The notes: a model not told the origin generated them from the letters alone. Positions 4,928-11,797 are shown, counted from the first letter of the stretch. The stretch is DNA of 11,797 nt from Planctomycetales bacterium (GCA_037445915.1 JBBIJQ010000060.1:1-11797); one strand, 5' to 3'. Numbers and translations: made by a program.

Positions 4928-6664
4928 CTACTCTAGCGTTACCGTGAGCATATTACTGTTAGCGCGGTAGCCTTCGCCTATAGTAGGCGTTACTGCCTCA
5001 GGCGGGAAAACCACAGTAATGAAAGCCTTAAAGCCGGGTTGCAGCCCTGCGTCTGTAGTGACAAGAGTGCCCGTTTGGGTATACACATTAAACGCGCCGG
5101 CTTCGTACACCGGAGGCGGACCAGGGGCTATCAGCGGCCGGCCGATGGCCCAGCTTACAAATGGTGTTATGGTAATCTCTTTAGTATCAGCGTTGTCGGC
5201 ATCGTTATCGTCAAAGATGCCGATTGCTTCAAGAATTACCGGCGTTCCCTTAGCGACGCTAACATCAGCCGGTGTTGTCTGCCCGACTACGCGAAGCGTG
5301 ATGTTCCTTATTGCATAAACAGGAATCTGGATACTGGCGGAAACGGTGAAGTCGTCTGACTTGCGGACTAAAACGCTTACGACGCCAAGGTCGCTAGCAG
5401 TGAGTAAGCCCTTATTCGTATCTTTAGTATTGCCGATTGTGGCGAAAGTGCTGCCTGATTCAAGCGACCACTCCACAGAGTTGGTTACATCAACCGGGTT
5501 TGTCTCGCCTTCAACCATACCCATCGCAGAGAGCTGAATCGTGTTCTTGGCAAACGGTTGCTCATTCCCGACAACCATGTCTACCACTTCCTCAGTAAGG
5601 ACAAGCCACGAGTCCTCGCCAGCGGGTGGCTCAATTGTAAGTGAAAGAATGTTCGCCAGCGACTGCATCATCAGCACGTTAGATTCAGAGCCAACTCCTT
5701 CGTTGCCTTGCGGGTCCTTCGGAATGACGCGGAAGTAAACGATGCCGTCTATTGGCTGAGTTGTGTAGACGTATTGCAGCGGTCCGTTGTCCGGCTGCGG
5801 ATTAGGGTTGATGTCGGTGCGCAGAACAGTCGGGTCGGCGGGCGTGCCACTGTTAGGAATACGTGTGAACGGGCCGGTGGACATCGTACCGGTCTGGACA
5901 TCGTAGCCTTTCAACTCGTTGTTAAAGTTCATCGCCAACGATGATAAGTCTGTGATGCCGACAGTGCCATTGTTATCATAGTCGGCAAGGACGTCAGCTA
6001 GGTCTCCCTGGCCGTCAGTTGTGGAGTCGTTAAAGTTCCTTGCCAGCGGGGTTATGTCCGCGATGGTTACCTTGCCGTCATTGTTGCCGTCTCCGCGGTT
6101 CAATTCAGACCAGCGAAGCGTGACCTGGTTCTGGACATTGATTGTGCCCGTGATAGTAACGGCATTAGCAAAAGTGCCTGGGGCTTTTGCTGAAACCTTA
6201 AAAGGCGTGTCCACACCAGGCTCAAAAACAAGCGTGAAAAGCTCGCACTCGCCGCTCATGCCTTTGCGCTTACCAAGGTTAATAATCGCCGCCCCAAGAT
6301 GCACTTCAGGGCTACGAGCGATAATAGCGCTGACGACATCCTCGCCAAGCCCGCCGGCATAGTCGGCCTTAACCAAGCTCAATGACTCAGCTGGGTATCC
6401 GAGAGTCAGAGCCGCTGACTTAAGCCCGTTAGCGCCAGTCGCGCGTACGGACACTAGCGTCTGGCCTGTCATTGCATCAAAGCGCTGTTCTGCTGTAAAT
6501 GCGGTTCCAGTTCCTTCATAAAGGCTGCCCGCGTCACTAAGAACAAACGCAGATGCTCGGCCGTTATCAGCCAAGCTGGGTTGGGTTGGCGACTGGCTGC
6601 CAGCGGTGCAACCCGCGAGTGCCAATGCCACTAATATCAGCGCCAAATAGCCAAGCCTCTTCAT
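4928..6664 (-). CDS. Secreted lipoprotein with cohesin-like, dockerin (EF-hand pair), FN3-like and Ig-like (Big_2-type) modules
   Basis: ATG 6664 with GGGAGA Shine-Dalgarno; signal peptide MKRLG...LALAGC (lipobox Cys codon 6610-6608). Dockerin repeats GDGNNDGKVTIADITPLARNF and ADYDNNGTVGITDLSSLAMNF. Cohesin-like pattern VSVRA...SAALTLGYPAESLSLV...SGECELFTLVF. Ig-like motifs DVTNSVEWS and ITPFVSW. Confidence 0.85.
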   Translation of the reverse strand: MKRLGYLALILVALALAGCTAGSQSPTQPSLADNGRASAFVLSDAGSLYEGTGTAFTAEQRFDAMTGQTLVSVRATGANGLKSAALTLGYPAESLSLVKADYAGGLGEDVVSAIIARSPEVHLGAAIINLGKRKGMSGECELFTLVFEPGVDTPFKVSAKAPGTFANAVTITGTINVQNQVTLRWSELNRGDGNNDGKVTIADITPLARNFNDSTTDGQGDLADVLADYDNNGTVGITDLSSLAMNFNNELKGYDVQTGTMSTGPFTRIPNSGTPADPTVLRTDINPNPQPDNGPLQYVYTTQPIDGIVYFRVIPKDPQGNEGVGSESNVLMMQSLANILSLTIEPPAGEDSWLVLTEEVVDMVVGNEQPFAKNTIQLSAMGMVEGETNPVDVTNSVEWSLESGSTFATIGNTKDTNKGLLTASDLGVVSVLVRKSDDFTVSASIQIPVYAIRNITLRVVGQTTPADVSVAKGTPVILEAIGIFDDNDADNADTKEITITPFVSWAIGRPLIAPGPPPVYEAGAFNVYTQTGTLVTTDAGLQPGFKAFITVVFPPEAVTPTIGEGYRANSNMLTVTLE

Positions 6665-6704
6665 TCGGTTTCTCCCGAAAGAAACGTAATAGTCCAATCC
6701 ATTT

Positions 6705-6713
6705 ATTCTACCA
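6705..6713 (-). promoter_or_regulatory. Extended -10 element (TGgTAGAAT) upstream of the lipoprotein gene
   Basis: Plus-strand ATTCTACCA at 6705-6713, about 40 nt upstream of ATG 6664. Confidence 0.45.
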
Positions 6714-6782
6714 CGAAAGCACTCACTGAAGCGGCGACGCGCCTCAAGCTGTAGGCCTTCAAAACGAGGTCACACCCTTAGC

Positions 6783-7334
6783 CTACTCTAAATCGCCTTC
6801 ATCAGGCACTAGAAGGCCGTAGCCGCCAAACTTGCGCCGGTAAACGACTGCAACGCCGTCCGAGCGCGAGTTTCGGAAAACAAAAAAGTCGTGGCCCGAG
6901 AGGTCTAGCTGCATAACCGCCTCTTCCGGGCTCATCGGCTTCAGTCCAAATTTCTTGACGCGGATGATGTGGTGGCTTTCGTCCGCTTGCGGGACGGGAA
7001 TTTCCGAATACGCTTCTCCCCCGTCGCCTCGGCGGTTTTCAATCCGCCGCATCTTGAACTTTTTGAGCTGCCGCTCAAGCTTATCCACCACTGAATCAAT
7101 GCCTGCATAAAATGACCCGCCTTGCTCTTCCGCCCTGACAATCTGGCCGGAAGTGTTCAGGGTTACCTCAACCTTGCGGGCGTTTTGCTTCTTTCCGCCA
7201 GCCTCGTCAGCAAACTCCAAGTCTGCGGAGATAATGTGGTTAAAGTGTTTCTCCAGCTTGCTCAGCTTGCGCTCCCCATAATCTCTCAAGCGCTCAGATA
7301 CATCAAAGTTCTTGCCCTTGACGGTTACCTTCAC
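6783..7334 (-). CDS. hpf: Ribosome hibernation promoting factor, long form (RaiA/HPF with C-terminal domain)
   Basis: KGKNFDVSERLRDY, KLSKLEKHF, YAGIDSVVDKLERQLKKFK, and C-terminal KPMSPEEAVMQLDLSGHDFFVF...VVYRR..GGYGL. Strong AAAGGAGG before the GTG start. Confidence 0.95.
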   Translation of the reverse strand: MKVTVKGKNFDVSERLRDYGERKLSKLEKHFNHIISADLEFADEAGGKKQNARKVEVTLNTSGQIVRAEEQGGSFYAGIDSVVDKLERQLKKFKMRRIENRRGDGGEAYSEIPVPQADESHHIIRVKKFGLKPMSPEEAVMQLDLSGHDFFVFRNSRSDGVAVVYRRKFGGYGLLVPDEGDLE

Positions 7335-7383
7335 CGATGGGTTCCTCCTTTCAGAGAACTGCGCTAGTTGCGTTGCGCAATGT

Positions 7384-7400
7384 GATTCTAACAGATTCTA
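7384..7400 (-). promoter_or_regulatory. hpf promoter region with a TAGAATC direct repeat; the proximal copy is an extended -10 (TGtTAGAAT)
   Basis: Plus-strand GATTCTA at 7384-7390 and 7394-7400 (10-bp period). Confidence 0.45.
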
Positions 7401-7471
7401 CGATGTATTGCAGTCATCGGCCGCAGATTTGTGGTTGTCAAGCAATAATCGACCCACCTAGTCCTTTTAGC

Positions 7472-7831
7472 CTACACAATGGATCGTTGCACGACTTGAT
7501 TACCTTCACCAAACACAAGTATCTTAGGCTGGTGAAACTTCGCGTCTCCTTCACCCATTGCGGCGTATGCCATCACGATTATCCTGTCCCCTACCTTACC
7601 CAAGTGCGCAGTCGGCCCGTTCAGGCCAATTACGCCAGGCTTATGAGTAGAAATAATATAAGTCGTCCACCTCTCGCCGTTCCGAAAATTGGAACAGTGG
7701 ACTTCCTCAAAGGGCAGCATGCCTGAAGCCTCTAGGATTTCCCTGGAGATAGTGATACTCCCCATGTAATCAAGATTTGCCTCGGTCACGGTTACTGCGT
7801 GAAGCTTGGATTTTAAGAGCCTAACTAACAA
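7472..7831 (-). CDS. panD: Aspartate 1-decarboxylase proenzyme
   Basis: LKSKLH.VTVTEANLDYMG|SITI (Gly-Ser self-cleavage site), NGERWTTY, and LNGPTAHL..VGDRIIVMAY. TTG start preceded by GGAGG and overlapping the panC end. Confidence 0.96.
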   Translation of the reverse strand: MLVRLLKSKLHAVTVTEANLDYMGSITISREILEASGMLPFEEVHCSNFRNGERWTTYIISTHKPGVIGLNGPTAHLGKVGDRIIVMAYAAMGEGDAKFHQPKILVFGEGNQVVQRSIV

Positions 7832-8700
7832 TCTTGGCCTCCCGCTTTAAGAATAATGTTATCAATCAAGCGCGTCGCGCCTACCCTCGCCGCGACTAGC
7901 ACTACATCTCCTTCAGCCGCTGTTGAGAGCGGTTGCAGCGTCTGCCCGTCAACAATATCCAAATACTCTAGGCGCACTTGCTCGTCTAGCTGCGTGCGCC
8001 CCCATGCTTTAAGGATTTCTGCCCCTCTTTCGCCTGCTTGAAACGCCTCCTCAAGTGCTTTTAGCCCCGCGAAAATAGTTCTGGCGGCATAGCGCTGGCT
8101 AGGGGTTAAATACGAGTTCCGCGACGACATTGCAAGCCCGCTTTCTTCCCTTACAGTCGGGCACATTACCATCTCCAAAGGGAAATTTAGGTCTCTCGCC
8201 ATCCTCTCTATGACCCTAAATTGCTGGTAGTCTTTCTGCCCGAAGTAGGCGCGGTCCGGCTGCGCAAGATTGAAGAGCTTTGCGACAACAAGCGCCACCC
8301 CGTCAAAATGCCCTGGCCTCACAATGCCGCAATAGCCTTCCACAAGCCCGCTTACAGTTACTTGCGTGCTACGGCCTGGAAGGTAAATCTCGCCTGCATC
8401 CGGCGCAAAGACTAAGTCCACTCCTGCTTCTTCGCACTTACTTAAGTCTGCTTCAAGCGTTCGCGGATAATTCTCGTAGTCTTCGGAAGGCCCAAACTGC
8501 GCGGGGTTCACGAAAATAGACGCTAAGCGGACATCGCATTCTTGATTCATCAGCTTCATCAGCGATAAGTGCCCATTGTGCAAGTTACCCATCGTTGGGA
8601 CGAAACCGACTAAAGGGCTTCGTGAAGCAGCTTCAGCCGCAGCCTTGCAGCACAATCGCCTAGCCTTGCGGAATTCCTTAATTGACTTGATTAGCTCCAT
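7825..8700 (-). CDS. panC: Pantoate--beta-alanine ligase (pantothenate synthetase)
   Basis: GFVPTMGNLHNGH, SIFVNPAQF, RPGHFDGV, AYFGQKDYQQ, GLAMSSRN and RLIDN. The start is ATG 8700, 1 nt after the panB stop; the ORF-track start at 8904 overlaps panB. Confidence 0.96.
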   Translation of the reverse strand: MELIKSIKEFRKARRLCCKAAAEAASRSPLVGFVPTMGNLHNGHLSLMKLMNQECDVRLASIFVNPAQFGPSEDYENYPRTLEADLSKCEEAGVDLVFAPDAGEIYLPGRSTQVTVSGLVEGYCGIVRPGHFDGVALVVAKLFNLAQPDRAYFGQKDYQQFRVIERMARDLNFPLEMVMCPTVREESGLAMSSRNSYLTPSQRYAARTIFAGLKALEEAFQAGERGAEILKAWGRTQLDEQVRLEYLDIVDGQTLQPLSTAAEGDVVLVAARVGATRLIDNIILKAGGQDC

Positions 8701-8701
8701 A

Positions 8702-9559
8702 TCAGGCAGGCTTGACCTCTTCAGCGCAGGTATCTGCTGATTCAGCCTGTTGCGGAACCAACGTGTATTCGGCCGCCCCAGGGAATTCATGATTACGGAC
8801 TGCATCCACGTACCCCCGCAGCCCTTTGAGGCCTTCCTCAAACAGATGAGCAAATTTTCTCGCGAAGCTGGGCATGTAATGAGCCTGCATCCCAAGCGCA
8901 TCATGGATTACAAGTATTTGGCCGTCAGTATACGGGCCGCTGCCAATGCCGATAGTAGGCACTTTCAGGGCTTCAGTTATGATTTGGGCTGTATGACCTT
9001 CTACGCACTCTAAAACGACCGCAAACGCGCCAGCCTCTTCTATAGCCTTAGCCTCAGAGAGTAGGCGGCTGCGCGAGCGCGCGCTGCGCCCCTGGATGTA
9101 GTAGCCACCAGTGGCATGGACTCGCTGGGGCAGCAGTCCAAGGTGTCCCATTACTGGAATGCCTAGCTTTACCAGCTTGGGTATAGCTTCCAGGTTGGTC
9201 TCGTCAGCCCCTTCCATTTTGACAGCTCCGCAGCCTGTTTCCTGAAAAAGCTGGAGGGCGTTATGCACAGTCTCTCCTGCGCATACCTTGAAAGTGCCAA
9301 AGGGCATGTCGCCTATGACCAAGGTGTCACTCAAAAGCCTTGCGACGATTCTAGTGTGGTAGATAATGTCGGCCAGCTTGACCGGCACCGTTGTATCGTG
9401 CCCTTGGATTACATTGCCAAGCGAGTCGCCAACCAGCACGAAATCAACACTGGCTTTTTGTGCTAGCCGTGCCGTGAACAAGTCATATGCGGTGACCGAA
9501 ACAATTGGCTCACCGCGCTCCTTCTTGCGCCGTAATTCATGTATCTTGTTAAATGCCAT
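8702..9559 (-). CDS. panB: 3-methyl-2-oxobutanoate hydroxymethyltransferase
   Basis: TAYD, LVGDSLG, DMPF, AVKMEG, GHLGLLPQ, VLECV and PTIGIGSG...DGQILV.HD.LG. Confidence 0.97.
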   Translation of the reverse strand: MAFNKIHELRRKKERGEPIVSVTAYDLFTARLAQKASVDFVLVGDSLGNVIQGHDTTVPVKLADIIYHTRIVARLLSDTLVIGDMPFGTFKVCAGETVHNALQLFQETGCGAVKMEGADETNLEAIPKLVKLGIPVMGHLGLLPQRVHATGGYYIQGRSARSRSRLLSEAKAIEEAGAFAVVLECVEGHTAQIITEALKVPTIGIGSGPYTDGQILVIHDALGMQAHYMPSFARKFAHLFEEGLKGLRGYVDAVRNHEFPGAAEYTLVPQQAESADTCAEEVKPA

Positions 9560-9585
9560 GGTATCAACAAGCAGCTGGAGTTGTT

Positions 9586-9654
9586 GGGAAGTCAGGACGG
9601 GGCGGCTTCGCCGCTAGCAATAGCACATCAGCTTTTGCACACCGTCTCGGTCCC
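9586..9654 (-). ncRNA. pan RNA motif-like cis-regulatory hairpin in the panBCD leader
   Basis: Minus-strand GGGACCGAGACGG (9654-9642) pairs with CCGTCCTGACTTCCC (9600-9586) with a bulged A. It resembles, from memory, the pan motif described upstream of pantothenate synthesis genes, and it lies between the promoter and panB. Confidence 0.65.
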
Positions 9655-9677
9655 TTGGGCTCCAAGCGGCCAATCCC

Positions 9678-9686
9678 ATTATACCA
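9678..9686 (-). promoter_or_regulatory. panBCD promoter, perfect extended -10 (TGgTATAAT)
   Basis: Plus-strand ATTATACCA at 9678-9686; predicted start site about 9671, giving a leader of about 110 nt. Confidence 0.6.
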
Positions 9687-9726
9687 CTATTACGTGCAAT
9701 ACCTGTGCTAAAGTAGTGTAGCCCCT

Positions 9727-10557
9727 ATGTTGTATCAGAAGACAATTAAGCGCGAATGCTCCATTGATGGAAGCGGTTTCATCTGCGACCAGCCCGTTCA
9801 TGTAGAAATGAGGCCCTCTGCCCCTGGAAGCGGCGTGCGCTTTATCCGCACTGATATTAAAGGGAATCCTGAAATACCAGTCCATCCGCGCTCGCAGGTC
9901 TCAGTGGAACACTGCACGACTCTACAGCAGGGCGAAACCAAGGTAATAGTCGTAGAACACCTGCTTTCAGCTTGCTTCGCCCTAGGCGTTAGTAACATGC
10001 AAGTCGCGTTGAATGGACCTGAGCTGCCCACCTGCGATGGAAGCTCATTACCCTGGGCAAAGGCAATGCTTGAAGCCGGGCTAGAAGAGCAGGCTGAGCC
10101 GGTGAAAGAACTTATCCTACGAAAGCCTGTCGTTGTTTATGGCGGCGATGGAGCATCTATAATCGCTCTACCCTCTGAGGAGCTTATCGTTGAGTATTTA
10201 CTGAACTATGAACAGAGCCCAGAGATAGGCTGCAGCTTCGCCTTGGTCCGGCCTGATTCTGATGACTTGCTTGCTTCGCTTCTGCCGGCCAGGACCTTCA
10301 TATTGGAAGAAGAAGCTCGCGCTGCGTTAGACGCAGGGAAGATTCGCTCTACCGATGAAAAACTGGGTCTGGTTATCCGCCGTGGGCATACCCCTGAGCT
10401 GCGCATGCCCGGCGAACTCTCGCGCCACAAAGTACTGGACATGTTGGGAGACCTGTTCGTGCTTGGAAAGCGTGTTCGCGCCCACTTTGTGGGCATAAAA
10501 AGCGGGCACAAGCTCAACGCACTTATGGTCGCCGAGCTTGCGGCCCGCTATCCATAA
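9727..10557 (+). CDS. lpxC: UDP-3-O-acyl-N-acetylglucosamine deacetylase
   Basis: QKTIKR, G.RFIRTD, VEHLLSA (catalytic Glu and Zn His), ELPTCDGSS, ARTF, RHKVLDMLGDL (HKxxD) and SGHKLN. Confidence 0.93.
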   Translation: MLYQKTIKRECSIDGSGFICDQPVHVEMRPSAPGSGVRFIRTDIKGNPEIPVHPRSQVSVEHCTTLQQGETKVIVVEHLLSACFALGVSNMQVALNGPELPTCDGSSLPWAKAMLEAGLEEQAEPVKELILRKPVVVYGGDGASIIALPSEELIVEYLLNYEQSPEIGCSFALVRPDSDDLLASLLPARTFILEEEARAALDAGKIRSTDEKLGLVIRRGHTPELRMPGELSRHKVLDMLGDLFVLGKRVRAHFVGIKSGHKLNALMVAELAARYP

Positions 10558-10577
10558 TCAGCGCTTGTCGGAGCAGC

Positions 10578-11090
10578 TTACTCGCCCGTCTTTTGTTCGG
10601 CCTTGGGTTCCTGTTTCTTCTTGCACCCAAATCCCGAGTCAAGAGAATACTTGCCTGCTCCGGTTAAGAATAGCGCGAAACAAGCCCCTGCCATAAGGAG
10701 CGAGTATTCTACGCCGCCCTGGAAATCAACCGAGCCGGTAGCGCTCATTCCGTACAAGACGATAAAGTAGCCTGAACCCCATTCTGTAACGCCCATGAGC
10801 AGGAGCAGTACGATAATGTTCAGTAGCGCGCTAAGCCTGGTCAAAAGGCCAAACAGCAGCAGGATTCCTCCAACGAACTGCACTAGCCCGATAATCCATG
10901 CCCAGATATCCGCGTTTACCAGGAAGTTCAGCCCGCTCAACTCAAGGTAATTTGAGTAGGCGCCCATCCCTTGGCCTGTCCACCAGTTGAACAGGATTAA
11001 AGCGCCACGGGCAGTTAGCACGATTCCAAGCGCTAGGCGCAGAAACAAAACGCCGGCGCTGAATGCAATGATGCGCCCATCCTCTTTCAT
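10578..11090 (-). CDS. DoxX family membrane protein
   Basis: LFLRLALG, GGILLLFGLLTRLSA, GGVEYSLL and LTGAGKYSLD; about four TM segments; AGAGGGG Shine-Dalgarno. Confidence 0.88.
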   Translation of the reverse strand: MKEDGRIIAFSAGVLFLRLALGIVLTARGALILFNWWTGQGMGAYSNYLELSGLNFLVNADIWAWIIGLVQFVGGILLLFGLLTRLSALLNIIVLLLLMGVTEWGSGYFIVLYGMSATGSVDFQGGVEYSLLMAGACFALFLTGAGKYSLDSGFGCKKKQEPKAEQKTGE

Positions 11091-11127
11091 TGGTAATACC
11101 CCTCTAGAAAGTAATCAACTCAAGGCT

Positions 11128-11136
11128 ATTCTAGCA
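11128..11136 (-). promoter_or_regulatory. Extended -10 element (TGcTAGAAT) upstream of the DoxX gene
   Basis: Plus-strand ATTCTAGCA at 11128-11136, about 38 nt upstream of ATG 11090. Confidence 0.45.
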
Positions 11137-11173
11137 TATCACCAGCAAATGAGTCGCGCTTCGGGCGTTAAAT

Positions 11174-11207
11174 CAGGCAGAGGCCCGCTTTCGCGGGCCC
11201 CTGCCTG
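11174..11207 (-). terminator. Strong hairpin terminator downstream of the last ORF
   Basis: Minus-strand CAGGCAGGGGCCCGC-GAAA-GCGGGCCTCTGCCTG forms a 15-bp stem with one G-U pair and a GNRA loop, followed by ATTT. The G-U pair and loop favour the minus strand. Confidence 0.75.
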
Positions 11208-11225
11208 TTACGAAACTACGAATAG

Positions 11226-11797
11226 TTACACGAGAGGCGAAATCATTACATGCAGCTCTTTGTTTTGGCCAGCGTCAAGGAAGGTGTCTCTAACGCCTTT
11301 GAAAATCACCTCTTGAATCATCTTGGAAGCCACAACAACATAGGGAACATCCCTTGAGGGCTGCAAGTTCAGGAAGGCGTACTGCCCTTGAGCGTTACTT
11401 TCTGTAACCGCTATTGGCTCTTTGCCTTCAGGATCGCCAAGGTATAGCTTAACCAGCGCGCCTGGAACAATAATGGGGGGAAGAATCGGATCTTCAGGGT
11501 TATTCCTCGTGATTAGCCCATGGATGGAACCAGTAGTCGGTGGCGGCCCTTGCGGGAAGATAAGCACGTTCACAACCTTAGTTTCGCCTTGGGCGAGGAA
11601 TACTTGCGCCAATCCTGTGTGTTCAATGCCTTCAATCACCTTTGACGCAAACACGAAATATGGCTTGTCGCCGCTGGGCAATAGTTCAGGGAAAGCGTAA
11701 TAACCGTTTTCGCCGCTACTCGTTGTGCGGATAGGCGGGTTATTCGGCCCAGGTTCTCCATGGAAGAGCTTTACCGAAGCTCCAGCCACTTTCACTG
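11226..11797 (-). CDS. 3' part of a probably secreted protein with tandem carboxypeptidase-regulatory-like / CnaB-type beta-sandwich repeats (5' end outside window)
   Basis: Two similar units: VAGASVKLF...TTSSGENGYYAFPELLP...PYFVFASK and TGSIHGLI...VPGALVKLY...TESNAQGQYAFLNLQP...PYVVVASK. The frame is open to the right edge. Confidence 0.8.
   Translation of the reverse strand, partial: VKVAGASVKLFHGEPGPNNPPIRTTSSGENGYYAFPELLPSGDKPYFVFASKVIEGIEHTGLAQVFLAQGETKVVNVLIFPQGPPPTTGSIHGLITRNNPEDPILPPIIVPGALVKLYLGDPEGKEPIAVTESNAQGQYAFLNLQPSRDVPYVVVASKMIQEVIFKGVRDTFLDAGQNKELHVMISPLV

Noticed and set aside
5019-6362. Series of plus-strand ORFs antisense to the lipoprotein gene
   Set aside because: They are shadow ORFs of a well-supported gene, with no ribosome-binding sites or recognisable motifs.
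7335-7471. raiA motif RNA upstream of hpf
   Set aside because: The intergenic space is only about 137 nt, is largely occupied by promoter-like elements, and lacks the extensive multi-stem structure expected.
7337-7726. 129-aa plus-strand ORF across the hpf-panD region, and other short antisense ORFs in the track
   Set aside because: They overlap confidently identified genes or promoters on the opposite strand and show no protein-family features.
8701-8904. 68-aa N-terminal extension of PanC in the ORF track
   Set aside because: It overlaps panB in another frame; ATG 8700 gives a canonical start coupled to the panB stop.
1-11797. CRISPR array, tRNA/rRNA, transposase, integrase, prophage or defence genes, alternative genetic code
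   Set aside because: No regularly spaced repeats, cloverleafs or such protein motifs were seen, and TGA, TAG and TAA all end conserved genes at their expected positions.

Overview
Bacterial chromosomal window using the standard genetic code (several well-supported genes end in TGA). It is mostly housekeeping, and lpxC suggests a diderm organism. In order: a possible 5' fragment of a minus-strand gene; a promoter with a highly structured leader; a membrane-anchored hypothetical protein; smpB-murI-rph; a small dicluster-type ferredoxin divergent from lipB; a minus-strand two-gene unit encoding a cohesin/dockerin/Ig-like lipoprotein and a multi-pass membrane FHA protein; long hpf; panBCD with a pan-motif-like RNA leader; a stand-alone lpxC; a DoxX protein; and the 3' end of a protein with tandem carboxypeptidase-regulatory-like/CnaB-type repeats. 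I saw no rRNA, tRNA, CRISPR array or mobile element. The most interesting items are the lipoprotein carrying both a cohesin and a dockerin (the dockerin apparently inserted into an FN3-like fold) next to the FHA protein, the switch-like leader at 154-311, a CxxHxxC ferredoxin, and evidence of leaderless genes driven by extended -10 promoters. All product calls come from motif recognition by eye; no database searches were run.
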